Positions 24,110 to 34,734 of a stretch of DNA of 64,000 nucleotides are shown piece by piece; the stretch's first letter is position 1, and the number at the start of each line of letters is the position of its first letter. The notes beneath the pieces are model-generated. The model saw only the letters and a program-made list of their open reading frames with translations, was not told where the DNA came from and made no database searches. Both the position numbers and the translations under genes were made by a program. Source of the stretch: Zancudomyces culisetae HAW-14-8 (taxonomy: Eukaryota > Fungi > Kickxellomycota); the NCBI GenBank assembly GCA_052426225.1, contig JBNJNM010000011.1:2170001-2234000 (forward strand), given 5' to 3'.

Positions 24110-27100
24110 ATGGATGAACAAGGTGAAACCCAAGTAAAGGAAGAGAAAAAGAGGGTACAAGTAAAAGATGAGCGAAAAAGTGAAGAGGGAGCAAAGAAAA
24201 GAGACAAGGACAGACGAAAAAGTAAAAAAGGAATAGAAGGGCAAGAAAAAGAGGAAGAAAAAGTAAAAGAGAAGGATGGTGATGGTACTGCGAATAATGG
24301 AGGGAATAAGGAAGTGAAGGAGGCCGGGGAAGGAACCAGCAAAAAGAAGAAAAAAAGAGAGGAAAAAAAGGATATGGAAGCATTTAGAAGACAGAAAAAA
24401 TATAATGGAATTGGATTGACAGAGGCAGGGGAAATACGGGTGCTGGTTGTGGGACTTGGGAAGCTTAGGAAAGAGAAATGGGAGAAATGGGAAGCAAAAC
24501 TCAAACAGTACAGTAGAGTCAAAGCGCATGAGTTTGTTCCTTATATGGAGGGGGAAATACCAAGCTATTACTCAGGAAAGTCAGGGACGGATACCGAAAT
24601 ACGGTTTAAATTTGTGAGAGAATCCGAAAAAGAGGTAGAAAATCTACAAGCTTTTCAAGCAGAAAGGCAAATACTGGGAATAATAGGGGTGATTGATTGT
24701 AAGGTAGAGGCAGGCACGATTGAAGAGGCGTATGGGGAATTTGTAGAGGAGTTATCAAAAAACACAACGGCAGTGGGATTCAAGTGCTTTGGGTTTGATT
24801 GCCAGCAAGATACGATAGGAGTTGAGGGAGTTGTGCAAGTTCCAAAGAAAGAGGTGAAAGGGAATGAATTTTTGAAGCAGCAAATGAGTGAGTTTGCGGG
24901 GATGGTAGTTACTGCGCTGAATATGATGGCGGATTCTATAGAGAAACAGACAACGAAAAGAGGGGAAAGTCATGGTAGGAATGTGGGAAGTAATAAGGAA
25001 GGAGCTAGAAAAGATGAAAGAGAAGCAGTAGGATATGAGATGGCGAGATACATGTCAAGCAGGAGCGCAGGTAGTGCATATTCAACGGTTGAGACGGGGG
25101 ATGATGATGATGATGAAGAGCAAAACGAGGATGGGGAGGAGGGAATAAAATCAAGAGGGGGTAGAGAAGAGAAGAGAATAGAAAACAAACTTGTGGTGAC
25201 TGAGAGTAGCCAAGGAAGGATCAAGAAACTGGAAGGGGATTTGTTGCTGATGGCAGGACGAGTTACAGAGGCGGTGGCGGCATACCGAATGAGTATAGGA
25301 TACAGCCTGACAAACGAAGACAGTTTATGGCAAGGGTGTGCACTTGAGGGGTATGCGAGTTCGTTATTTTTGATAAGCGGAAAAGAAAGCGAACAGAGTT
25401 TTTTGGTGGCATTATCGATGTGTCCACCAGAGACATCGGTGTCTGGATATACACTAAAGGAAGTAGGGGGTATGGGAGTACTATCTACCAAAGCAAGGAA
25501 TCCTGAGGAACTTGGAGCAGTATCAGCAGTAGCAGCAATGGCAACAGCAGCAACAGCAACAACGAGTAGGAGAGATCCAGCAGCAGGATTTATAGGCGAA
25601 ACAGGAGTTCACTCACTGGTTAGCGAGATTGCAGAGCGATTTACAGAGGTGATACTTTTATACGAAAGAAGCTATACGTATGCACCACTGCTTCACTCAG
25701 AGGCATGTTTGAGACGAGCAATGTTGCAGTTGCTGATAGAGCATGGGAGAGAAGATGGGCAGCGGTTGAAACGGATGATTGCAGACATCTATGAGGGCAA
25801 GCCAATAGACCAGGTAATAGAGGAGGAAAAGGGAAGTTTGAGGATTGGGGCGGGTACAGAGATAGCAGCGTGGATTCAGCGAGGGTGGACGCAGGCTGTT
25901 ATGGGACTTCAGCTGCGAGACCTGATGCGGTTATCGGCGACAATTTCGATGATGTTTAGACTGATAGGGTATCACCGAAAGGAAGGGTTTTTCCTTAGGC
26001 AGCACTTGTTATTGGTTCAGCCATTGATCCAGCGGAAAAACGAAAAGACTGGTGGGGGGAATGTGGCAAAGAGAGACAAACGTGAGGTAGAAATGCAGCG
26101 GCGGATAGTGGGTAGTTTGGGGACGTTGGTTCGACTATACCAAGTTGGACAGAAACTGACCGGGATCAACGATAGTGTTGAGCTGAAACAAAGAAGCTAC
26201 TGGCAAAACAATAGTGAGGAGATGAAACAGATTGAGAAGGCAGAGAAGCGTGGGCAGATATGGAAAGGATGGAACGATTTGCAGATTGATGTATTGAAAG
26301 AAAGCATGGCTATAACAGAGAGTATCCCGACATATGCACACAGTATGGCAGCGGCGTTTAGGTTGCAACAGAGCTTGAGGAAACAAGAAGAGGCGTTGCA
26401 ACAGAGCCTTGATGTGGTATTGGGAAATGGAAACAATCCGCGAAAGGAAGAGGAAATGAGATTAGAGCTGAACCGTATTCAAAAGGATCAGCAGAAACTG
26501 ATGCAGTATTTAGAAGCCATGGCTGAAGTATACCATCAGAAATACCATTTCAATCCAAATGTTATGGACAAGGCCAGCCACGAAAAAGACGATGAAAAGG
26601 AGCGAGACATTCCCGCGTTGATGGCTGGCTTGAGTGACGACATTTTGATTAAAAACAACTTGTCTGAGAACTGCAGTTTAAACAACCGTGCCAAAGTAGC
26701 TGGTCGAGATTGGATGGTAGTTGGTGACTCGCTTAATGGTGTATTACAGAGTGTAAATATTCTTTTGGCTACAAACAAGAATCAAAAAATCGAGTTTATA
26801 AAAGTAAATACAAAACCAAAACCAGGCAGTATTGGTGATGGTAATACTATTAGTCATCAAAAATCGGCAGATAAAAAGGTATTTTTATACAAGCCAAATG
26901 CCGGGCATGGAAGTGGAAATGATGGTGATGGCATGGGTATTGGTATTGGTATCAGTACTGGTATTGGTGGTAGAAGTATAAGTGATGGATTCAACATGTA
27001 TAGGCAGAGGGTGATGATTAATGGGGAGGAAGCAGAATTTGAAATGGTTTTTAAAAACAATTTTGGTCAAAAATTGGTATTTACTAATGTCAAAATAATA

Positions 27101-29635
27101 GTTCAGTATCAAAACCAAAACCAAAACCAAAACCAACAAAAACAAAAACAAAAAGAACTATTAATTCCAATATCACAAAGACAAATAGTGCTCGAACCGT
27201 ATAGTACAGGAATCCAAATAATCAAGGTTAAAGCCATACCAGAGTTATTATTTCAAGACAATGACCAAGTAGAAACAAAGGGTCCACTTTTGGTGACAAT
27301 TATGGGGATTAGAGTAACACTTTTCCAGCATATTTCAGTGGATCTTTTATTGGCTCAAGAAACAGAATCTGAAATGCAAAAAAAGAAAACGCGGTTTGAA
27401 AATATAAGAAAACGAATAGCCATGTCTACGACAAACACCAATAACAGTGAAAGAGAAAGAGAAAGAGAAACAGTGAGTCGATTGGCAATACAAAACTCAA
27501 CAAATGGATTTGTGGTTCCTAGTTTGATTATTCCCAGCCAGCCAAAGTTGGAAATGGTAATAGTGGGGTTGGGCAGGACTGTTATAAATCCTTACCGTTA
27601 TCAAAGAGAACAGGAAAACCATCAGTTGTACAAATCAAAGGCAACTGATCAACAAAAACAACAACAAAAACAACAACAACAACAACAACAGGTTGTAACT
27701 GTAGAGTTGAACGAGGGTGAAGTAAAGAATTTCCAAATCGTTTTACAAAACAACAATAGTGATAAAAACGACATTAAATTCTGTAGTCTTTATTTTGATT
27801 GTCAGAGACAAGATGGAAAGACCCCAGTTTCCAAGGCATCAGGTATAGCAAATACGGGTTCGGGTTTGGGGGTGAATAGGTTGAATTCGGAATTGAAAAA
27901 TACAATGTTGAGATTTAAAGACAATATTGATGGGATGGGATGGAGGCAAAAGAGGATAGAATGCGAAATCAATACGATGGATTTGTTAGATAATAAGGAG
28001 TTCCAGCATTTTAACAAGAATGGAGATGATGAAGAAGCAAACAATATTTTTGAGTATACTTTGGTAGTTAAATATGGAACAATTCTGGAATACTACAAAC
28101 CCGAAAAAAGTAAAGACAAAAATATAAAGAATGTTCTCTACAAGTACTACTTGGTTAGAGAGCTAAAAAGCAAAATCCGAATCAAAATCAATCCAATTTT
28201 AAGAGTGGACAGTAATGATTGTTATTCTTTGGAAATTCCAAGTTCTCTAATGCAAAATATACTTTTAAACCAACAAATTTTAACCCAACCACAACCACAA
28301 TCACAACCACAACCACAACATTCAAAAGAAAAGGAAAGGAAAATGGAAACTAGTAGCAATACTGTGATTAAAGACTTGGTATCAAGTTTTGTAAGAGAAG
28401 TTGAAAGTATTCAAAACTATTTTAGCCATCTTGATGATTTTCATGGCCTAGATACAGCCACTGTAATTAGAGGATGTGATAAGTATAAAGAGTTTTTGAA
28501 TTATTACTACAATATAATGACATTTAGTGTGACAAATCCGACACCAAACATGTTGGAATTGGAATTGGAAATAGATTTGAGTTTGGGTTTGGGTTTGGGT
28601 TTGGGTTTGGGTTTGGGTTTGGGTTTAGGGTTGAATAAGGAGAATTTAAATTCAAGGATTTTGCCTGTTGATTATGCAAATGATGCAAAGACAAATGTGG
28701 AATTAATAGAAAAAATGAGAGTGGTGGTTTATCCAGGTGCTAAAAATCAGAGAATTTTGGTACCATATAAAAAGCAACCTATTGAAACTACTAAGACTAC
28801 TACTAATATGGGTAATATTGATAATGCAACAATAAGTGGGAAAACCAGTAATCAGGTTGGATGCAAAAAGATAATATACAAAGACAGCCATTTGGAACAA
28901 GATGATTATGGTAGTGCTTCGAAACTGAAGTTTTTGGTAACCAGCAACTCCAGAAAAGGCAAAGAGAATAATGATAGTATTGATGGTGTTAGGGAGAACA
29001 AGGCTGATAGAGCAGTGAGTAATGGAGTTATAAGGTCCATGAGGTACAAGATTCTTAATGCGTATAACAACCGAGTGAACCGGGTCGAAAAAGCATTTGA
29101 AATATACAATAGACCTCAAGACGGTAGTGGGTATGGTATTCTGAATCCGTCTCGGTTTATTACACGAGAAAACTGCAAGCAGGATGAAATACACGTTTTG
29201 TATGAAAAAGTTTATGGAAAGGATGAGTGGAATAAAGGTCAAGTGACGAAATTGGTATTTGAGATTATCAAGCTGGGAGATGAAGTTGGTCAGGATGTAT
29301 TCAAGTTTAGTTTGGTAAATATGACATTTGCGACTGGAACTGGAATTGGAGTTGGAGTTGGAGTTGGAGTTGGAGTTGGAACTGGAACTGGTATGGATAT
29401 GGATATTAGTATGTGTATGGGTGTGGGTGTGGAAAGGACAAATATACTGGTTAATAACAAGAGATATCGATTTAGAGAGAATCAAAGTAAAATAATACAA
29501 GTTCCAATAATGATTATTTCCAAAAGTAATCATGGTAATAGTGAAGAAAATATGATGAGGAAGAATATTATACAGCTGAAATACCAAATTGAATATAAAG
29601 GACGAGAAAAGACTGGACTGATTTATTTGGATTGA
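24110..29635 (+). CDS. TRS120: TRAPPII subunit Trs120/TRAPPC9-like, with low-complexity expansions
   Basis: IRVLVV..G, FQAERQILGIIGVIDC, GRIKKLEGDLLLMAGR..EA...Y....D.LWQGCALEG, IGYHRKEGFFLR, GWNDLQIDVL, FLYKP. Confidence 0.82.
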   Translation: MDEQGETQVKEEKKRVQVKDERKSEEGAKKRDKDRRKSKKGIEGQEKEEEKVKEKDGDGTANNGGNKEVKEAGEGTSKKKKKREEKKDMEAFRRQKKYNGIGLTEAGEIRVLVVGLGKLRKEKWEKWEAKLKQYSRVKAHEFVPYMEGEIPSYYSGKSGTDTEIRFKFVRESEKEVENLQAFQAERQILGIIGVIDCKVEAGTIEEAYGEFVEELSKNTTAVGFKCFGFDCQQDTIGVEGVVQVPKKEVKGNEFLKQQMSEFAGMVVTALNMMADSIEKQTTKRGESHGRNVGSNKEGARKDEREAVGYEMARYMSSRSAGSAYSTVETGDDDDDEEQNEDGEEGIKSRGGREEKRIENKLVVTESSQGRIKKLEGDLLLMAGRVTEAVAAYRMSIGYSLTNEDSLWQGCALEGYASSLFLISGKESEQSFLVALSMCPPETSVSGYTLKEVGGMGVLSTKARNPEELGAVSAVAAMATAATATTSRRDPAAGFIGETGVHSLVSEIAERFTEVILLYERSYTYAPLLHSEACLRRAMLQLLIEHGREDGQRLKRMIADIYEGKPIDQVIEEEKGSLRIGAGTEIAAWIQRGWTQAVMGLQLRDLMRLSATISMMFRLIGYHRKEGFFLRQHLLLVQPLIQRKNEKTGGGNVAKRDKREVEMQRRIVGSLGTLVRLYQVGQKLTGINDSVELKQRSYWQNNSEEMKQIEKAEKRGQIWKGWNDLQIDVLKESMAITESIPTYAHSMAAAFRLQQSLRKQEEALQQSLDVVLGNGNNPRKEEEMRLELNRIQKDQQKLMQYLEAMAEVYHQKYHFNPNVMDKASHEKDDEKERDIPALMAGLSDDILIKNNLSENCSLNNRAKVAGRDWMVVGDSLNGVLQSVNILLATNKNQKIEFIKVNTKPKPGSIGDGNTISHQKSADKKVFLYKPNAGHGSGNDGDGMGIGIGISTGIGGRSISDGFNMYRQRVMINGEEAEFEMVFKNNFGQKLVFTNVKIIVQYQNQNQNQNQQKQKQKELLIPISQRQIVLEPYSTGIQIIKVKAIPELLFQDNDQVETKGPLLVTIMGIRVTLFQHISVDLLLAQETESEMQKKKTRFENIRKRIAMSTTNTNNSERERERETVSRLAIQNSTNGFVVPSLIIPSQPKLEMVIVGLGRTVINPYRYQREQENHQLYKSKATDQQKQQQKQQQQQQQVVTVELNEGEVKNFQIVLQNNNSDKNDIKFCSLYFDCQRQDGKTPVSKASGIANTGSGLGVNRLNSELKNTMLRFKDNIDGMGWRQKRIECEINTMDLLDNKEFQHFNKNGDDEEANNIFEYTLVVKYGTILEYYKPEKSKDKNIKNVLYKYYLVRELKSKIRIKINPILRVDSNDCYSLEIPSSLMQNILLNQQILTQPQPQSQPQPQHSKEKERKMETSSNTVIKDLVSSFVREVESIQNYFSHLDDFHGLDTATVIRGCDKYKEFLNYYYNIMTFSVTNPTPNMLELELEIDLSLGLGLGLGLGLGLGLGLNKENLNSRILPVDYANDAKTNVELIEKMRVVVYPGAKNQRILVPYKKQPIETTKTTTNMGNIDNATISGKTSNQVGCKKIIYKDSHLEQDDYGSASKLKFLVTSNSRKGKENNDSIDGVRENKADRAVSNGVIRSMRYKILNAYNNRVNRVEKAFEIYNRPQDGSGYGILNPSRFITRENCKQDEIHVLYEKVYGKDEWNKGQVTKLVFEIIKLGDEVGQDVFKFSLVNMTFATGTGIGVGVGVGVGVGTGTGMDMDISMCMGVGVERTNILVNNKRYRFRENQSKIIQVPIMIISKSNHGNSEENMMRKNIIQLKYQIEYKGREKTGLIYLD
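28585..28630 (+). repeat. (GGGTTT)7-AGGG coding microsatellite (LG repeat), G-quadruplex-capable
   Basis: Read directly within TRS120. Confidence 0.9.
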
Positions 29636-29728
29636 ATTGATATATAATATTTTATAATATAATATAATATAATATAAATTAAATTTATTTAAAAGTACTA
29701 AATGTAATATTTATTCCAATATTTATTA

Positions 29729-32700
29729 TTATTCTTCTTCTTCTTGTTTTTGGTGTTGTTTTTGGTGTTGTTGAGATTCCAAAAGTGAAATGAATTGTTC
29801 GAGATAAGAAATGGAAATTTCAGTATAGCTCAGATTATCTGAATTGATTAGGTGGAACAAACTGATGATTTCCGATTTATGAAGAGAAAAGGCTGATGAA
29901 GATGGTGAGGATGAGGATTGTTGGGAGCTGGTAGTTAATAAGTGTAAATGATAATTAATGAGCGAGTTGTAAGGAGAAGACATACGGAAGGGTAATGCCT
30001 GGGTGACATTCTTGTTGTTAAAAGCGGCAAATGATGATTTTAAGGAGGACACATGATCAGATGATGAACTGGTGGAGGAGGATTCAAGGGATGTCAGGGT
30101 ATTTAGGAAGGACGAGTTGAACGATTGAATGTTATTAAGAGTGTTTGGAGTTTGGAATCTGAAGTCCAAATGCTTGGTAAAGAGAGGGTTGTTTACAATG
30201 TTTTTACGGTACAAGTCAAAGTACAATTTGGCGATAGAAATGTTGTTTTGTTCAAGGGCGCAATTGATAAGCTGGCTGTAAATAGTGACAATTCGGATTT
30301 TGGTACTTGTTGGTACTACCAGTTTATTTAGTTTTGCATCGGACTTATCCTGTTGATGGTCAAGAATCACGAGTTTATGAACGCCTAGTGCTTCATAAAG
30401 AATTGGCAGGTCTATATTAAAGAACAAATAAGCACAGTCGTATAGTTTGGCCTTTCTGAAATTCGTTATAATCGCATTGAAGAGATCAAAGTATTTCCAA
30501 ATAGATGTAGTTTGTAGAGGAATTATTTGACCAGAAGTAAATGGCACAGTAACCAAGAAATACTCCAAAAAGTTGACTGAATGAAGGCAAACCAATTTGT
30601 GTTTGAGTATTGATATCAGCTCATCATTGTCAACGACACCACTACCACTACCACTACCACTACCACTACCATCCGCTGTCTGTTGAGGCTTTTGTTGCTG
30701 AACTTCTTTACACATTTCGGCAATTGCTCTGATAAATGGCCGGCCGAAAACACGACGATTGTACAAATCATTGACTGAGCCTACAAATTTTGGTTCCAGG
30801 CCATTGACGCGGTTGATGTGTTTGTAATCGTTGAAAATGGAGTTGATTATAAATTGGGAAAGTCGAGAGAATTTTGTGTTGTTGGAAGAAACTATGTTCA
30901 AAAACCCGAGTTTGCTAGGAGAAAGCATACTAAATAACCCAACACTGCTGTCATTTTTTTTGTTGTTGATAATGTTGAGTTTGTTTGAACAATAGTTGTT
31001 GATGATGAATTTGCGTCGAAGATTGAAGTTTGGCGCATTGAATATATATAGCAAATCAATGTTTCCAGAAGTATTTCCATTGACAACCGAATTTGTACTG
31101 CTTTCCAAGACTAAATCCACCAACTTGAGTCCATTTGGATATTTAATAAAATCGGCACCCAAAGCCAAAGCAGAAACAGATGCTGTAAAGTTTGATGAAC
31201 CTCCAACAATACGGTTGGTATCTCCACTGCTAATGTTGTTTACCTGTGCAACATTTTGTTTCAAATACACGTAATAATAAAACACTGACAATGAAAAGTA
31301 TCTGTTGGTAGCCTTCAAGTAATGCGTAATCAGTTGCAAAGCAGCAAAAGTACTTATCAGATTACGTCTGTATAGACCAACCGCAAATTTAAAGATTAGT
31401 TGGTCCAGTATTTCTGTAACTAGAAGTAGCTCCTTATTGGTGGAAATGTCGTTTTTCATTTTTGGTGAATATATATTGGAGAATGAATAGTATACCGATT
31501 TCAACAACATGGGTTCTTTTGCAAAGATTTCAAAGAGTCTTCTGGAACCAGAGCTGTTTAGGTGTTTTTTATTCTCCAAAACATCATTTTCAGCTTCATT
31601 TTCATTTTCATTTTCATTTTCCTTTTCTACATCCTTTTCCATATTCATAAATTTAGTATATACTTCTTTGTACATTTGAACCATTGCAATAGCTGAACGT
31701 TGAGCATTACATACATTCAACATTTCAAGTGTTGCCGATTGAAACCTGTCCAAAGGTTTAGATTCTACCGCAGAACCAACACTAGCGCCAGCATCAGAAC
31801 CCTTATATCGCGCATCTCCATCTTTATTGCTTGGTAGTATTACTTTTCGTATAACGTTATAAATATCCTTTTTGGGTTCAATCGTCTCAAATATTCTTTC
31901 GTACCGCTTAATATCAGAATTGATACGTTCAGTCGGTGGTATGCGGCTTTGTAGTAATGTAGCAACAGTGACAACTGTATTTTCTCGGTCCTTGTCGTAG
32001 AACTGGTCTGAAAAATTGAATATATGTCTATACGCATAAGTGTCAACAAATTCTTTTACTTTTAAAGCAGCTTCATCTTGATTATCCTTGCTTGTCAATT
32101 TCTGTAAATATTCTAATTTCTCCTTTTTAATACTACCAGCTTGGTCACTAGTTGGATTCAAAAGTCCCAAACTAGTCAAATTGGTATAAAGCCTAGCAGC
32201 AAATTTCGTGTACAGAACAGAATCTTGTGTTTCATCATACGCCTCAAACAATGCCAGCTGTGTTGGTTCAGTCAAATATATTTTCTTTTCCAAGATCTTT
32301 TCAACCAAGATTTTTTTCAGCTCAGGTTTATTGTGTATATTTGGAAGAATAACATTCTGGATAATAGATGCATTCCACTCATCCCGATCTGTACTGAGCG
32401 CTGTAGAAGTTGCTAGTAACCCCTGAATAGTGTTTCCAGCTTTCAACCTTGACTCCTTAACATCACTTGTTGCATTAACATCATCAGTGACATTTATTCC
32501 TTTAAGCACTATACCAGCAGTATCTAAAATCCACTGTTCCTTAAATGTAGATGTCAAAAGCACAATTGGATCTTGGTACGACTTCATTATATTGGAAAAT
32601 ACTTCGGCCACAAAGTCTACATCATCTGAAAAGATTTTGGCCAACACAATAACACTCTTGCTTTTGGTATAGTTATTTTGTACTTCCGGCAAGCTCATAA

Positions 32701-34378
32701 CTTCGCGGTACATCATCTTGATTAAATCTGCCAAATCGGTGTTTTGTGGACATGATTGATAATACTCTGTCAAACTTCTCAGTATTGAGATCAATGACTT
32801 TTGTGATAGTTGTGGTATCACTTCTTCAATATCCGTCTTGTCAAATGTTGCATCTTCACCACCACCACCATTGTCCTTCTTTAGTAGTTTGTTTATCAAT
32901 TTGACTGCTTGCTCAACTTGTCCCTGCATAAGATACCCTCTTATAATATACTCATATGCATTAACTCTAAAGCTCATCTTGTATTTCCGTATACACAACT
33001 TCATTTCTTGGTGTGCCAACTCTGCCCCATTATTGAGTCCCAACAAAAATACCAAATATTCTTGTATCACACGCCCTGCATCCCATCCTAAATCCTTTAG
33101 GTTTTTTGGTCTCTTTTCCACTTTTCTCTGTTCAACATACTCATCCAAAAATGCCTGTTTAATTTGTCCAATTTTATGGAAATCTTCAAGCCTACAAGCT
33201 TCTTTAAACTCTTTCATGTATTTCAGTCTGTAGTATTGCGGGTGAACAAGCTCGTTATTCCCCATCCGCTTAAGAATCATCTCCCGTATCGCTTCAAACT
33301 CCTTGACCTTTCCAAAATAAACCAGAATATCCATCAATACCAAAAGTTTGTCACTTACTTCCACTTTCCTGTGCTTTATGCTGACCACGTCCGTCCCATG
33401 TGGATCTTTTACTTGCTCTTTTACTGCCCACAGTATTTCGTCTATTACTACTTCTCTATCGGCATTGCTCGCCCATCCTGTTTTGCCTTTTGATGCATTC
33501 GATATTTCGTCAATAATATTTTCAAGCTTCTCCTTACCTTCCATAAACTTAAAAAGCTCCTGTTTTACCACGTTTGAGCTCTGCTGCTGTATTTCACCAT
33601 TCTCGCCTTCACCATCACTTTTCTGGTTCAATTCTACGTTCTCTTTAACCATCTCTTGTTTCATTAAATTCTCCCTATTTTCCCTCTCAATATTCAACTT
33701 TGCCTTCATCGTAACCCTGTCTCTACTCACATATCGATCAACAATCTGGTCCCTTATTCCAACTGGTACAAGAAACTTTCCCTTTTCTCCCAAGCTCTTC
33801 AGCAGTATTCTCGTCACATTAATTGCCTCCTCCTCTTCAGGAATACCAATACCGACACCCAACAACTTGATTGATGTAACCAAACCCAATTTGCCCCCAC
33901 TTTCTTCTCCACTTGGATCTATATCTCCATTTTCCACCAATCTATTAACCAGTAATATAATTGCCTCTGGTTCTGTAACCCTTTTAGATACAGCCATACT
34001 TCTTTCCTCTCCAGCAATAAACTTTCTCAACCTATCTAACCGTTCCTGCTGATCACTCAGCCCAAAAATCTCCTCCACTTGTTCTACTTTTGGTATCTTG
34101 GCCACTTCTGTCTTTAAATCTTCCTGATTATCGGTCGTCTCTCTATTTGCTCTTCGCTGCATTCTTGCATCCTGTCTTGGTTTGCTGTTCTTATCAATCA
34201 TCCCCACTCCATTCGAAATATTTTGTTGATTTCGCTGTATCGCATATTTTCGCACTTGGATATTCTCGTTGCTAGTCAGGAGTCTTGCTATTGATATAGA
34301 TTGTGGCTTATCAATCCGAATCCCACATCTTTGAATTATTGTGAAATCCTTTTTGATTTTAATAATTCTATTCATCAT
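29729..34378 (-). CDS. Large, probably mitochondrial PPR-like protein
   Basis: 1549-aa intronless ORF; Arg-rich presequence-like start (VRKYA); PPR-like helices AYEYIIRGYLMQGQVEQAVKLINKL, FNAIITNFRKAKLYDCAYLFF, IYSQLINCALEQNNISIAKLYFDLY. Confidence 0.6.
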   Translation of the reverse strand: MMNRIIKIKKDFTIIQRCGIRIDKPQSISIARLLTSNENIQVRKYAIQRNQQNISNGVGMIDKNSKPRQDARMQRRANRETTDNQEDLKTEVAKIPKVEQVEEIFGLSDQQERLDRLRKFIAGEERSMAVSKRVTEPEAIILLVNRLVENGDIDPSGEESGGKLGLVTSIKLLGVGIGIPEEEEAINVTRILLKSLGEKGKFLVPVGIRDQIVDRYVSRDRVTMKAKLNIERENRENLMKQEMVKENVELNQKSDGEGENGEIQQQSSNVVKQELFKFMEGKEKLENIIDEISNASKGKTGWASNADREVVIDEILWAVKEQVKDPHGTDVVSIKHRKVEVSDKLLVLMDILVYFGKVKEFEAIREMILKRMGNNELVHPQYYRLKYMKEFKEACRLEDFHKIGQIKQAFLDEYVEQRKVEKRPKNLKDLGWDAGRVIQEYLVFLLGLNNGAELAHQEMKLCIRKYKMSFRVNAYEYIIRGYLMQGQVEQAVKLINKLLKKDNGGGGEDATFDKTDIEEVIPQLSQKSLISILRSLTEYYQSCPQNTDLADLIKMMYREVMSLPEVQNNYTKSKSVIVLAKIFSDDVDFVAEVFSNIMKSYQDPIVLLTSTFKEQWILDTAGIVLKGINVTDDVNATSDVKESRLKAGNTIQGLLATSTALSTDRDEWNASIIQNVILPNIHNKPELKKILVEKILEKKIYLTEPTQLALFEAYDETQDSVLYTKFAARLYTNLTSLGLLNPTSDQAGSIKKEKLEYLQKLTSKDNQDEAALKVKEFVDTYAYRHIFNFSDQFYDKDRENTVVTVATLLQSRIPPTERINSDIKRYERIFETIEPKKDIYNVIRKVILPSNKDGDARYKGSDAGASVGSAVESKPLDRFQSATLEMLNVCNAQRSAIAMVQMYKEVYTKFMNMEKDVEKENENENENEAENDVLENKKHLNSSGSRRLFEIFAKEPMLLKSVYYSFSNIYSPKMKNDISTNKELLLVTEILDQLIFKFAVGLYRRNLISTFAALQLITHYLKATNRYFSLSVFYYYVYLKQNVAQVNNISSGDTNRIVGGSSNFTASVSALALGADFIKYPNGLKLVDLVLESSTNSVVNGNTSGNIDLLYIFNAPNFNLRRKFIINNYCSNKLNIINNKKNDSSVGLFSMLSPSKLGFLNIVSSNNTKFSRLSQFIINSIFNDYKHINRVNGLEPKFVGSVNDLYNRRVFGRPFIRAIAEMCKEVQQQKPQQTADGSGSGSGSGSGVVDNDELISILKHKLVCLHSVNFLEYFLVTVPFTSGQIIPLQTTSIWKYFDLFNAIITNFRKAKLYDCAYLFFNIDLPILYEALGVHKLVILDHQQDKSDAKLNKLVVPTSTKIRIVTIYSQLINCALEQNNISIAKLYFDLYRKNIVNNPLFTKHLDFRFQTPNTLNNIQSFNSSFLNTLTSLESSSTSSSSDHVSSLKSSFAAFNNKNVTQALPFRMSSPYNSLINYHLHLLTTSSQQSSSSPSSSAFSLHKSEIISLFHLINSDNLSYTEISISYLEQFISLLESQQHQKQHQKQEEEE

Positions 34379-34734
34379 TGTTCAATAGTATCTCTATGAT
34401 TATATCGCTATGTTATTAATATTACTCCTTTTTAAATTTCTTGATTCTTTAACCTCTGTTATTAAATGTTCATTTCTTGAAAAATATTTTCTCAAATATT
34501 TACATTAATTTTTGCCAAATTTGATCCATATCGTTTTTCATTGTATCTCAGAGTAAAATTAAATGATAGAGCATCAAATTATTGGTTAAAAGTCAAACAA
34601 TCAATGATAAAAAAATACAATTTATATAAAACGCTGTAAAAATCCAATTTTAGTTCATAATCATTTTTTTCTTCAAATATGTACATTTAACCTTAAGAAA
34701 ATAGAGATTATTAAATAAACCACGTTAAAAAAAA

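Noticed and set aside
24035-24529. Several F/L/S-rich minus-strand ORFs here, plus 28703-29587 and 33348-34052
   Set aside because: Antisense shadows of purine-rich, low-complexity coding sequence.
28585-28630. Interstitial telomere; also the degenerate G-rich run at about 56300-56352
   Set aside because: In-frame coding microsatellite and short imperfect hexamers, with no extended TTAGGG array.
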